From Laetmonice hystrix (taxonomy: Eukaryota), in the NCBI GenBank assembly GCA_965235115.1, contig OZ249436.1, forward strand, positions 44,518,001 through 44,578,000: a stretch of 60,000 nt of DNA, given 5' to 3'. The notes beneath the pieces were generated by a model. That model saw only the letters and a list, made by a program, of their open reading frames with translations, was not told where the DNA came from and ran no database searches. A program made the translations under genes and the position numbers. Numbering within the stretch: the first letter of the stretch is position 1; each line of letters starts with the position of its first letter. Shown here in pieces: positions 27,084 to 40,284 of this stretch.

Positions 27084-29647
27084 ATTTTAGGCCTACATCT
27101 GAATGCATTTGGCAGTTATGCCCTCCCTGGTTTCCCTGGTCTCCCTGGTCTCCCTGTAACCCAAAGTTGACCACCGGCGGCTCTACTCGCTTATAACCAC
27201 TGCCCCCAACATCGGTGGCACCCAGGCGTCAGTAGATCTGGGACTTAAAGCCTTCCAAGCACCCTACCCTCCTCAAGAAAGACACGTCACTTATAGCATG
27301 ATTCGAGATAAATGAACTTGCAGACAGAGACTCCATCGCCTGTAGGGGTAGAACCCCCTCTCCCGTAAATCCACCAGTGACCATATAGCGTTATATCGCA
27401 ATCTCAAACGACCCGCCTCAGGCTAAAGTCCACTGATGTTTCCTAGTGGTGTGATATGTCTTGTTTAAGATCAGCGCCTGCGGCGTTTCCTTCGCGCCGT
27501 CATGGCTGTCAGCGGTTGAGGTTTAGGCCATACGTCACGGCGACCCGTGTTTACGTGACGTTACACGCAACGTGACGCCGCGACAGACTTTCGGCTGGTA
27601 ACTAATGGTAACAGACTGCTTATCACTCAGGTGGGCTGGCACAGATGGCCCTGAGGCCTAACAAAGATTCGTTTTGTTACATGATATACATTGGTCCTAT
27701 AGTAATAATCCTGTACATATATATATGACTCCGAATAAAACTCCTTTAGCTACATGATAGATCTATATTTGTCCGACTATATACAAATAAAATCTAATCC
27801 TGTTTATCTATACCCTCACAAACGCTTATATCTAACGCGACTTTATAACGTGAGCACTAGCTGGTCAGCCCGTATTGTGTATAGATCTGTTATTAAATAA
27901 GACCTTACTAACTTCAGCCTTTATGAAAATCTCGAAATTACACGTTAACTAAATGAGACATACAATAGGGTTCATGTCTGTTCAAGAGTTGCACCAACCC
28001 CTTCGGAGTTCATGATATGCGCCTTATTAAATACAAAATCAATCAATTTGTAATCTTAGTGGCCAATACATTGAGGGATCGACTTCCGGTATGTTGGACA
28101 TTTACCACCCCTACAGTGGATGGATGTCAGAGAATGTTGCTAATCCAATCATGGATTAATCTGGGATAATTAGATAATCCAGCAGCCATTGACTCCATAC
28201 AGGTCACGCAGGTTCATGATGGAGTCACTAGGTCAAGGGGGCGGGACACATTCACGGGAAACTGACATTATGTAATGGGTGTGGCCTATTTTAAAATATC
28301 ATAATCACTGAGCTATGCCTTGTATAGTTAGGGCCAGTCTATATCTAGGTATAGGATGGCACTCCTCTGTCAGATCATGTATCCCAGAGCTCACAGAATA
28401 TAGGTCCCCCTATATAGTATTGGGTAAATGGGTGATAAATTTCATAATCCAGATGTCAGACACATTTGTTCATATACAACCTGTATAGGTAACAAATATC
28501 AGATACTTATAAAATTAGTCAAGGTTGCCCCCTTTTTATTTACTTCTCTTACACGCTGACACGATCTCATATGACTGCACAGCTGCTCTTTCAATTGTGA
28601 CATCGTAAAACATTAGTCATCCGAGTTTGCATTGACCTATATAGTAATAGACCTATAGTAATAGACAGTAATAGACCTATAATAATAGCAGGTAGATCTA
28701 TATAGCAGCTCAAATATATACCGCGCCGTGACGGTGTTTCCTGGTTTATGTAGGCCTACCTGATTGTTGTTGTTGTTTATGTCGTTGTTGTTGTGTTGTT
28801 TTTCTTGTTTTCTTTTTCTCTCCCCCCCCCCCCCCCTTGACCTCCCTTGTTTATCTGCTGCGAGTGAGATGTTATAGGAGAAGGGATGACTTGTGACGCT
28901 TTCTGAAATCACTGCTTATCAACGTATCTTATTGAGAGATGGCGAAGCCAGGGGAGGCCTATACATTGCTGCATTGTTATATCCTTTCTTATTCTCGGGC
29001 ACATTGTGCGCCGTCTAACAAAAGTAGGATTTCAGCAGATCTATAAGTAAACGTCATACAACAGATGGTAATCTCTCCCAGGAAGACAATGCCAAGTTTG
29101 TATTACACTGTGATTGAGTAGAAGTGTATAATGCTAACTCTGCATTCTATTGTCATAAATAACATCAGCCTGATATGGAATATGACGATCTTGACAGGCA
29201 TAATACAGCTACGTAACGGCGGTTTAAGCAATTAATCATTTTTCTCTACCTTAAAATCTATATTAATAGAATTAGCGAAGGGAATCGCGAGGGGATTCTA
29301 TAAATCATGTATTGTAAGGATTTAATCAACCCTTGTCAATATGCAGTGTATTCTTGCAACACAAAGATTGTTTCGGGTAGAAAAATCTTTGTATTTCAAA
29401 GTCCTGTTCATCCTTACAGAACTGCAAATAAATCATTACGTCTTCTGTTTGTCAAACTGTATGCTGCGTCTACATTCTGTAATATTTTAATATTTCATGT
29501 CCCAAGCACTTCTTGGAAACACAGTTATATGCCTAAGTAGATTGCTAGACCTGCCGTTATCCTACATCTGATAACGCGTACATAAGCAGTGGAACATTAA
29601 CTATATCAGAAAGTATATACCGCAAGGAAGCCAAATCTCGTGATGAA

Positions 29648-29723
29648 GGCACGTCATGGCACGTCATGCCACGTCATGCCACGTCATGGCACGTCATGGC
29701 ACGTCATGGCACGTCATGCCACG
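29648..29723. repeat. 10-bp tandem repeat (G/C)CACGTCATG x7
   Basis: Direct inspection. Confidence 0.9.
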
Positions 29724-31706
29724 ATCACATCAAATAATACTATTTTGACATCTCTTTGTCAGCTCTCAGGGGAATGGCCCATGTATCTCAGGTCATAGTA
29801 ATATATCGAGTAATTAACATCTGTGTTCACATGCAGCTCCCCCCCCCCCCAAACCCGATAAGGCTTGGCAGCTCAGAGAACAAGCCAGACAATTTTCGAA
29901 ACAGATGGTAAAAATATATGTATAGCAGGCTTCCGTACGTCATCAAATACGCTTATAAATGATCATTTCATTGATACGGTATTCATTGTGTGGGATGGAG
30001 ATTGTTTGGTGGGCATTAATGACCCCACAATTAATGAGGGCGCTACGTGCTCTGTGACCTATAGGGGTCGTCAAGGTCAGTCCTCGAACCGGATGTCAAC
30101 GGCTAAGGTCACATACCTAGAAACCAGCTGCAGTGGCAAGCAAACTACATGTATTCGCCCTCTCAGGTATCCCCAGACGATCGGCCTGTCAGCTCCAGTA
30201 GAACATGTAAACATGTTTTATGTGTGAAATTATCTTTTAAATGATCACACAACATGATTGAGGTGTCGTTCATGATGAGAGACGATCCTGGCGAGCAGGC
30301 ACGTCATCTATATGACGTTGGCATGGTGACGAATGTCCGGCAGCAATCGTCTCATGTAGATTTAGTGTCGGATTGCTGACTCTGAAATTCCATCTCCCAT
30401 CATGGTTCAAAATATGAAAATAATTTAAATGTAATTTAAATAGGTCGGAACGGAGGACTAACGCCCATATGGTTGGAGAATTTATGAATCGGAATAATAA
30501 ATGTGATATCAAAATTGTTAGACATGGAGGCATTTAACCCTACACATATTATAGACTCTAGTTAAATCAGTTTCCCTCATGTCCCTGCTGATAAAGACTG
30601 GATCTACCTATGCTATATTGGAGCTATATTACGTAGTGGGTCCCTTACATTTGGAGGAACCGGATCCTTGGGCGTTTCTAAATATACACTAAGTGCAGCC
30701 GTCCTCTCGTGCCTGACCGTGTCACGTGATGCGGTGCCGAGAGCACACGAGAACATCACGTAACGACGGTGTATCGTCAGATTGCGCCAAGGGGCATGCA
30801 TCGGAATAAGTTATTCTCGCGACACTGACGACATTAATATGAATATTAATGGTCATATAAATGCTGTATGAAAATGTCCTATGTAAACATCACAATGAAC
30901 ACCGTCGACTGCACGTATGGGACAGGATCACGCTATCGCCATGAGCCAGGAAAATAAATTAATCCTTGGTCCATTCTTATAACGGCAGCGACGATTCGAT
31001 GACACTGACGGTGACAACCAAATTATAGTGTTCCTTCATTTATTCTACAGTTGCAAATTAATGACAGCGAGTCAGCGGTTCCGACCCTCCCCCAGTCATT
31101 GTCTGGGTCCTGTAGCTAACCCCGCGGGGGAGAAAATACAAACGACCCGCTCGGGTGGAAGTAACACGGGGATATTTAATCCCAACAGATTTAATCGCGG
31201 GCTTTTGTTACGTCTGTAAGAAAAAATATACCCTGCAGAGATTTTTACAAGGAGACAAAGAAAGGACAGAAGCGTCCATATGTATGTAGTATAAACCTAG
31301 AGGTGAGATTAAAGAGGATTATCTCAAGGTCGGCGTTCCATGTAGTATAGGCATACAGTGCCGCCTATAGCTGGGTATAGAGACAAGGGGAGAGTTGCCC
31401 CTCCCCTATCGGTAATCCTAGCAATAAGGCCATTTTTAACACGCAGGTGCCCTTTTATATGATAGAAATATGACCAAATACCACGTCTAAGTCCCCCTGC
31501 GGTAATGTCAGTCCGGCTCGGGAGGTGACGCCTCTCTGGGTGTTACAGTCATAAAGGCAGGTGCAGTATTAACGTAACAGCTGTCGATGTTAGGCGTCGT
31601 TATTCTAGGCCTACAGAAAACTAGTGGCTTGAATCCATACGTCTTTCAATCACTGCTCAATAGGACCAATTTTGTACAACAGTTCCACCAATGATAATCA
31701 TAATAA

Positions 31707-31711
<5 letters not shown>

Positions 31712-31795
<84 letters not shown>

Positions 31796-31800
31796 TCTCC
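31712..31800. repeat. (CT)n microsatellite
   Basis: Direct inspection. Confidence 0.95.
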
Positions 31801-34779
31801 CTTTATATGCCTGACTTTAATTGATCGAGATTTACGGATAAAGGATATATCATATAGGATTACGTCACTCATTACGTAAGCGTCGATCGTCTTTACAATG
31901 TCCCTAAAATGGACATCAATAAGGAACAGTTGTCGCTACTTAAAATGTCAACTTCACTAAAACTTCACAAAGACTTGGCTTTGTGAATAGACTGTTTGGT
32001 GCGTATTCAAGTCGGGATAAACAGCCTTTGCCTTGTTTTAAAAGAAGAAAGCACCATTAATGCCCATGACAGCTGTGCCTCCCCGACTCCCTGGCACCAC
32101 CTTCGTGGGGAATCGGCGCTTTAGTGACTTCAACAATGGCAACAGTCGGCTGATCGAAGGTGGTGAAAACATCAGGCAATTCCATTCTCCTTCTATACGC
32201 TGTTCGTTTCATACGAAGGACAAGCTAGAACAATTGTTTGTATTCTACTCCGCATGCCTTAAAGGGTGTAGTCAAATAGATCGATAATAGACGTACTTAC
32301 ATTGAATGTATGCATGTAAATAGTTCTAGTCGCACTGATGCTGTATATATTCCCCTTGGTGCCACTGTCCTATAGCCAGAGGTGACCATTGTACTCCGCC
32401 GCCAACATCTATGGGTTAACATATATAAATCGACCTGCAGGTGAAAAGGTAGTCCGGTATTTGAACAGTCGCCACGGACAGGTCAGGCTGACTGAGGGCA
32501 GAATCTTCAGGCGACGCGGAATTTTCCAAATCAGACTGCGGTTTGTGGACTGCAGGTCCCGTGTGCTGGACTCGTGGAGGTCTGCCATGTGCCACTGAGA
32601 GCCCTGGCGGCAGGACGGGAGATTACCACCAGGACAATGCCCGGCCCCAACCAGCCATTCAGTGTAATGAAACCATTAGAAAACCATCACCCCATCATCA
32701 GCGGCCTGGAGAGGTCTGGCCAACCCCCATGATTAGCACTCACGCGTGGACCAGTTGTTCCCCCTCCCCCACCCTCTCCCTGGCGCCACCATCGTCCGTT
32801 CAGAACGCCATAAATTACAATATGACTATGTGCAGACTTTTGTTTTGGGAGCGGCTGTTTCACAAAGTTCGTATGGGCCCCCTATAACAAAAGTTTAAGG
32901 AGTTTCTAAGGTAATGCTCTAAGGTAATGACATCACAACAAAATTATTGTTACTGGATTTTAACTTGTAACTATTTGCATGTACCGAGCATTGCGCATAG
33001 TGAATATATAGGCCTATATAATGAGCAATCCCTCAGAATCACGTAACGTCACACGTTAAAATCATTGGCATTATAGTGGTTCTGAGCTAGGGAAGAATAT
33101 TATTTCATTTCTTGTATTCTTCCCTTCTAGTATATATCTATATCGTACATGTATGAACCCTATATCACCCCAGAACTTACCTTTAATACACGGTAACAAT
33201 CATGTCTTCCGAATGCTGCATGGTAAGTTATAATATCCCTGAGATAGCTAACAATGCATGGAGAGGTTATGAGACTTTATGCTTTCTGGTCGGTACTGGT
33301 GCATTTTGTACCATGTCTGGTTAACTGGAGAGGCGGCAACATCCCCCATTAGTCCCTATTTGACCGGTCGCCGCCGCTCGCGTCGCTATGGTACCGCCCC
33401 ACCATCTGTCTGGCGACAGCAACACTGACAGACAATATTATTGTCGTCTGCTCATCACTACGTCATGGGGAACGCTCCGATCTCACTGTCGTCTGGTCAT
33501 GCCTGTGTCAGACAGGACGCAGCGATCTTATTCCTTAATCTTCATAGGCCTATTTCTTTGTGTTGTGATTACTGGAAGGGTGTAGTGGCTGATTAGTTGT
33601 CAGCAACAACTGCCAGTCAGCCTATTTGCAATTGAATTTAACGGAAGACAAAACAGTGGCTGTTGATGTAGAACCTCCTCCTTTGACTCAGTAAAGAGAA
33701 ATGTTCAATTACCAGAGAGCGGTGCCTATATCCCTATAAGATGATGATGATAGTTCCCCTCACTGTGATTCTTGTAGTTTAACTAATTGCATGACGGAGT
33801 TTGTATTTATTTAGTAGTAATGCTCTTGGCCCATCGGATCTTTTTGCAGATATGTTGCTTTTCAAATAAAGGCATCTAAATGTAAACGGAAATAGAATAA
33901 CATCGGGCTATTTTTGAATGTTAGGCCTACTGTTCCCTTTGTCGGCTTGAAGTCTTTCATAATCAAATCCTGTATGTCGACAAGGATAATTGTTGACGTA
34001 GTTTCCGTCGTAGCATGCAGCTAAAGGGCCAACATGGCGCGGGGCTTACAGTTCCAGAGATCTCAATCTTGTAAGTGCAAGAGAGGATTATGGGGTTGTA
34101 TCGAGGTAACATTTAAGGATGGGTCTTTCTGAAGGCGCCAAGCGAACATTGAGCTGGTTGTTTGAAGCCGCCCGACACCACAGACGCCCAAATCCCTGTG
34201 TATGCCTGCTAAAGCACATCCTTGCGTGTTGGTGACCACTTATATTGACCCTCAATGAGGCATAAATACCACATCTGGTCAAAGCCCTATGAGCAGAACC
34301 AACCAGCTCTCAATGAAAACGCCGATGTCTCCGATAAATGACCAACGACCAGTGTTTATACATCGCGTGACTCGGTTTCAAAGTGAGGCTAAAGTGGCAG
34401 TGGAGATGAAGGACGCACGGTGCTCGGGGAATGTCAAAATGAGCACACAAACATCATCGACAAGTAAACGAGACAGGTCGTCTCGAACCACCATGATTAC
34501 ACCCCTGTCACTTCGGACGGATTTTTTAAGAGTCGAGATTATTTACGCTAGAAAAATCCGCAAACACGCAACATGCCACTCTGAATAAACCCGCCTTAAA
34601 GGGGGACCCTAGGCGTGCCGTCAGATAATACCAGCGTTCCTCTCTCTTTACGTGACTGATTATTCTTCTATAGTCGTATATTCTGACCCAATGTCTTATC
34701 CCCCACTGTAACCAAAAAGGTGCGGTTAGCCTCCTAGCTATACTAAACAACAGCGTATCTATAGACACATCCATCCATG

Positions 34780-34897
34780 CAGGGAGGACCCCAGCCCCAC
34801 CCTAACCCCAATTTTTCTTTTTTTGGACCTTTTGGTATTCTCTCTTTTCTGTATGTCGCTTGCGTCCAACTCTTCAAAAATCCTGGATCCCGCTCTG
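34780..34897. mobile_element. Degenerate CAG-ended MITE
   Basis: Ends in AAAAATCCTGGATCCCGCTCTG, like the 3' end of the 9380 element. The 5' end is eroded. Confidence 0.4.
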
Positions 34898-36134
34898 AGT
34901 AGGCCCTATATAGATCTGCCTGGACTAAAAACGTTATTTCATACTACCTCGTCTCGTCCGTAGCTTTGCCGGACAGTTGCATGGGAAATGCGTACTGTAT
35001 GACGATATTATGTGAGGGACGTCTCGTTTCAAGGGGCACTCAGTTTGCGGGCCATCGGTATACGACCACAATAATCGAGAGCCAGCTCGATATGGCAAAA
35101 TTGAACCTTTCTCGACGTCGTTGATTCGGATAGGCACCGTACGTTTGAACGCCATGGCTGTTTCTTAGTTACACGTTACACCCATAAAACTTCCCATGTC
35201 ATTATAATTGGCCTGACTCGACATTCTTCCTGCTGCCTGCCCCTAATTATCGTAGGGACTCGGCGAATTCCGGTGTTGTCCGAATAATGACGACCGTGCG
35301 TTGAAGCTGCTCCCCATCTTGGCAAGAAGGACGTCAACGTCATTGTGCAAAACTCGGTCAGTGGCGGGAAAAGGTTCGCTCAGGTCACGGTATCTTACAT
35401 GATGCACCTTCCGATCTTGGCAGAGTGTCAGTCTCTCTGCGTGGTCATGCTAATGTCCGTTCAGTCAGATCGAAACGCAAAGCCAGGTGTAGTTTGAGTG
35501 TTTGTCGTTTGAATGGCGAGTTAGATCTGCCATCCTGCTGATGTAGAGTGCAACGCATTTCACTAGAGGCCGGTACGGGCCTATTAACATGGTTTACCAG
35601 GGTTTCACTAGTGGCCGGTATGATCATGACCATGATCATGATCTATTTCCAGTCCATCATTTCTTTACTATTATTCTTCCTAAGATACCTCTCTTGAATT
35701 ATTTGCAATGCTTTATTGCAGACCAGCAGTGATGCTTTTCAGCGTTTTAATTTTCCGACTTATTTATTTATTTATTTTATTTTTTACTATACCTTAAGCT
35801 ACTGTATTCAACCCCGACCACCACCCTTCCCCTAAAAAGTAAAAAATGCAGAAAAAACTAAAATGGTACAGGTATGCCTCAAATTACAAAATGGTCTTTC
35901 CTTTGATCCAACCCCCAGGTGAATACATCTCTACATCGGCTACTTAATATTCCTTTGATCTGACTCATCTTATAAATACAGGCTGCAGCCCCCCCCCGCC
36001 CCCCCCCCCCATCCCCGCCCCCAAATATTCTGCACATAACTTTGACCTCCATGTACCCAGGACTACAGTGAGTGAGCTTGGGTTTGACGTGTTTATCAAC
36101 AGTCTACATGTATAGGTGACTGGTAGAGGGCTCA

Positions 36135-36170
36135 CCTGTGGCTCCGAGGTGTCTTCAAACAATACAGCTT

Positions 36171-36245
<75 letters not shown>

Positions 36246-36738
36246 CCGACCACGTTCTGTAGGGTTAGGTCGCCACACCCCTCACCTGACCGGTGAACCT
36301 GTCATTCGGTATCGTCCTCTCCAGTAGGCGGAATCTTCCACTGTTGTTCTCCAGGGGCTAGTTCATTCACGCCTCTGGGCAGAGTGATTTTGATGTGTAT
36401 TACGATTTGCGACCGGGAAGATGAAGAAATTTGTACTATACATAAAAAGATGCCCTTTGAAAACTGAACCTCCACCACGGAGGGCCGTCATGAAAGTGCA
36501 CAGTGCAAGGATGAGCACTGAACTTGGAATAGTACCGTGTTTTCCCGCTTGGCGCGCTCCGATACTGACAGGGCAGACGACAGGCGGCCAGAAGCCTTGA
36601 AGCGTTCCCGTGCAGGGGGTCAGACAGGTCTGCAGGTCTGCCAGACCTCAGGGAAACACTGCTGCACTGTAGAACCGTTGTGAACGATATGATGCCGTGC
36701 CAGGGTTCCAGTTTGTCAGGTGATTCATGCTGCAGAAC
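36135..36738 (-). other. Candidate non-coding (5' UTR) exon containing a (CAG)24 tract
   Basis: Acceptor-like ...aaacgtttag| downstream of a T-rich tract, and donor cag|gtgagc. The frames checked through the CAG tract have no ATG-initiated ORF reaching the donor. Confidence 0.3.
36173..36244. repeat. (CTG)24 trinucleotide repeat
   Basis: Uninterrupted tract. Confidence 0.95.
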
Positions 36739-37140
36739 CTAAACGTTTGGACTCGGGGGAAAAAACTAAAGAAAAAAACTGCAAAAAAGAGGCACGTGCT
36801 CCACATGTGCTATGCGGATACGAAATAAAAAGTCATAGCGATCTACATGGTCTATATCGCATGTGTTTCATAGGAAGAGGTTCATAGGTATGATGTGTTC
36901 AGGTCTCATCGTGTAGAAATGTTACAGCTACGATAATGGTTGGTCGGTTACCATCAAGTCATGATCTGCGAAAATTTAACTTAAAAGTGGGTTTTAGGCC
37001 TACCAATGATAAAGCCCTATGCCTTTACTATCACAAAATATTTATGTAAAAATATTTGATATTATTAGTAGGCCTAGCTATTAGGGGACATATCGTTTGT
37101 ATGTTTGAACCTGTACTAAAGCTATGCCGTCAGCAATATT

Positions 37141-37299
37141 CAGGCACGAGGAAGTTTAGGGGGGTTAACCCCACCCCCTGGAAACCAATGTCTCTATTTT
37201 CTCCCTAGAAGTTTCTGAAAAGACCCTGCTGACCCCTTTCCCCTCCTCTTACCAAAATGGCCCTCCTTAACCCCCACCAAAATCCTAGATTCGCCCCTG
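37141..37299. mobile_element. Degenerate CAG-ended MITE
   Basis: CAGGCACGA ... AAAATCCTAGATTCGCCCCTG, with near-TSD ATATT / GTATT. Confidence 0.55.
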
Positions 37300-38035
37300 G
37301 TATTAAAAAACTTTTTTGACCTTTAACTGTTCACTGGCTAGCCGTACAGTTTCATGGTTGAATTCCAGCCGAAGCATCCTGCATTCCAGGGCGGACAATA
37401 ATTGGCGCCATGTCCTAATTTACTTAAGTATCTCCCTGACGAGCACCTGCACCTCTGTGTTACAGAGTGCCTGTACACACAGGCAGGACGGCCGTACCGT
37501 GAACGCTATCCGTGAATGGGTGGGTGGCGGTTGGCGACCTTCCAGACATACTCTGTGTGTAACGGGAATTGCGACAGTTACTGCCCCGTATATAAATGAC
37601 GCGCTCACTCCAAACGTCCGTCCTTTATCAAAGATCTTTACCTATACACACTTTGAGGCGCTAATTTCAACACAACATTTTTTTAAAAATTGCTTGGCGT
37701 AGAACTGTTGTTAACAAGTTACAATATCGTGTGGTTGGCTTGGTGGGGCTCAGTGACAGAGATAGACAAGTATGATGACATTCTTTGCGATGGTAAAGGG
37801 CTGGCTACATAAGAAGTGGACGGACGAAGTAAGAGGGCCACTTACATAGCTATTACATACTATTACAACAACATTAACTATACGACATGGTCCGATCTCT
37901 ACTTCAGGTGATAGTGTAAATGTCGCCCAAAGCGGAAATATAAAATAAACGATCAGTTCAGGAAAGATTGCTAATTTTGTCAGTGACATTCCCACGAACA
38001 TGATGTCCTACATAGACGGAAGCAGACAGACTTAA

Positions 38036-38490
38036 AGGGAGGGTAAACACACACGGCAAATAAGGTTTCGTAGACCGAATGGAACACCAGCATTTACCTC
38101 ATGAGGGCAATAAATGCCACAATTACGTTGTCTGAATGAAGTAATTTACGTGTAATTGCCCGATGTGTGACGCCGCTGGTTCTGACATTGACCTTCCTGT
38201 GTGTTCATCAGAGCCGAATGCTGCACACCGCGGCGTATTGCGTAACATTACGTGTTACTCTGCTCACAGACCTTGTCTACACGATGTTTGGAGTGCCAAC
38301 GTTTGTAAACGTCCGAGGTGATGAACATACAAGCAGAGCAAGGTTAGAACCAGCGGCGTCACACATCGGGCAGTTACACGTTAATTACTTCATTCAGACA
38401 ACGTAATTGTGGCATTTATTGCCCTGAGGTAAATGCTGGTGTTCCATTTGGTGTAGGAAATCTTATTTGCCGTGTGTGTTTTCCATCCTT
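38036..38490. mobile_element. Long-TIR foldback element with TTAA TSD (Kolobok-like non-autonomous transposon)
   Basis: Imperfect inverted arms of about 175 bp (for example GGCAATAAATGCCACAATTACGTTGTCTGAATGAAGTAATT and its reverse complement), RR..YY termini, and TTAA on both sides. Confidence 0.85.
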
Positions 38491-38704
38491 TTAACGTGTC
38501 ACAGTAATTACCAAGTTTCAGTGAGGCACTTCTTTGATGACAATTATATGAGTACCGATTTTAATTATTATAACACAATAACAGAGGGCCAAATTTATGC
38601 ATGCCATAACTACATCTGAACATAAATTCTCATTCAAATACATCACCAAAAAAATTGTCATTCCAGTCCTGTTAATAAATGAGAGAGACCATACAGGATT
38701 TTGT

Positions 38705-38960
38705 CCATCTAACAGTGTTACCATCTAACAGTGTTACCATACGGTGTTACCATCTAACAGTGTTACCATCTAACAGTGTTACCATCTAACAGTGTTACCA
38801 CAGTGTTACCATCTAACAGTGTTACCATCTAACAGTGTTACCACTAACGGTGTTACCATCTAACGGTGTTACCATCTAACAGTGTCACCATCTAACAGTG
38901 TCACCATCTAACAGTGTCACCATCTAACAGTGTCACCATCTAACAGTGTTACCACCTAAC
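38705..38960. repeat. 16-bp minisatellite, about 16 copies
   Basis: CCATCTAACAGTGTTA. The unit contains the palindrome TAACA-G-TGTTA. Confidence 0.93.
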
Positions 38961-39196
38961 TTTCGACATCCGGTGGCAGACTGTTGTCATCCCAGTTAGG
39001 TTGTTTGTATCACTGCCAAATATATCATACAGGGTACGTTTGACATGAACTTCTCTCTCGTTCTACATGTTATAACACACGGGGCCACATAGATACGACC
39101 TGTGTTTGAATGTCTGCCGTAAAGTATTTGTGTCACGAATTTATGTATGTGATATAAGCGGCACATAAAAGTACGTCTCGCTTTTCTATTGTTCAT

Positions 39197-39465
39197 CAGT
39201 GGCGTATCCAGGGCAGTTTCCAAGTATCCCGGAACCCCCAGCCCCCTTGAAAAAAATACTATAGGGCTACTAAGAATATTTTTGTAAAACAGGGGTGTAA
39301 AAAGCGAAATATTTTAACCAAAGGAAATCTTTATATCGTTCTAAGATTGCATTATTTGATGTCTTTTTTTAATTTCCCAGAGCAGCATAAGCTAAGGCCA
39401 TCTCTGAAGCACCTAAACTTAGGACCCACCCCCGCCTCCCTAACCAACTTCTGGATACGCCCCTG
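39197..39465. mobile_element. CAG-ended MITE related to the 17151 element
   Basis: TIR CAGTGGCGTATCCAG / CTGGATACGCCCCTG. Confidence 0.7.
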
Positions 39466-39767
39466 TTGCTTGCTGGTTTGATCGATAACACAAACCTGAT
39501 ACCTAAATAAACGTGAAAGCATAACGTCAGGTAACCTCGAAGATTTCTCACTTCTAAGTTTCTTATTTCACTTCAAAATCTACCATTCAATAATCCTTCC
39601 CTTGGGGCCACAAAACACAGGTTAATTGGTCATATACTAAAAACTTGAGGCATTCTGCATGGGAAACGGAGGCAAAACTGACGAGGTAAGCCTGAATTTG
39701 ACAGGTCTGGTTCATGTCAGGTCGACGAGTGACACTCTTTAATACAATCCCCCCCCCCCCGCACTCA

Positions 39768-40284
39768 ACAACCCAACCCAACCCAACCCAACTCCACCCA
39801 ACCCAACCCAACCCAGCCCAACCCAACCCAACCCAACCCAACCCAACCCAACCCGACCCAACTCCACCCAACCCAACCCAACCCAACCCAATCCAACCCC
39901 ACCAAACCCAACTCCACCAAACCCAACCCAACCCAACCCAATCCAACCAAATCCAACCCCACCCAACCCAACCCAACCCCACTCCACCAAACCCAACCCA
40001 ACCCAACCCAACCCAACTCCACCCAACCCAACCTAACCCAACCCAACCCAACCCAAACCAACTCCACCCAACCCAAACCAACTCCACCCAACCCAACCCA
40101 ACCCCACCAAACCCAACCCAACCCCACCCAACCCAACCCAACCCCACCCAACCCAACTCCACCCAACCCAACCCAACCCAACCCAGCCCCACCCAACCCA
40201 ATCCAACCCCACCAAACCCAACCCCACCCCACCCAACCCAACCCAACTCCACCCAACCAAACCCAACCACACCTAACCCCAACC
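39768..40284. repeat. (CCCAA)n / (TTGGG)n pentanucleotide array with CTCCA and CCCCA variants
   Basis: Direct inspection, about 500 bp. Confidence 0.95.

Noticed and set aside
28189..28228. Short hairpin TGACTCCAT...ATGGAGTCA
   Set aside because: A 9-bp stem with no other ncRNA features is expected by chance in 60 kb.
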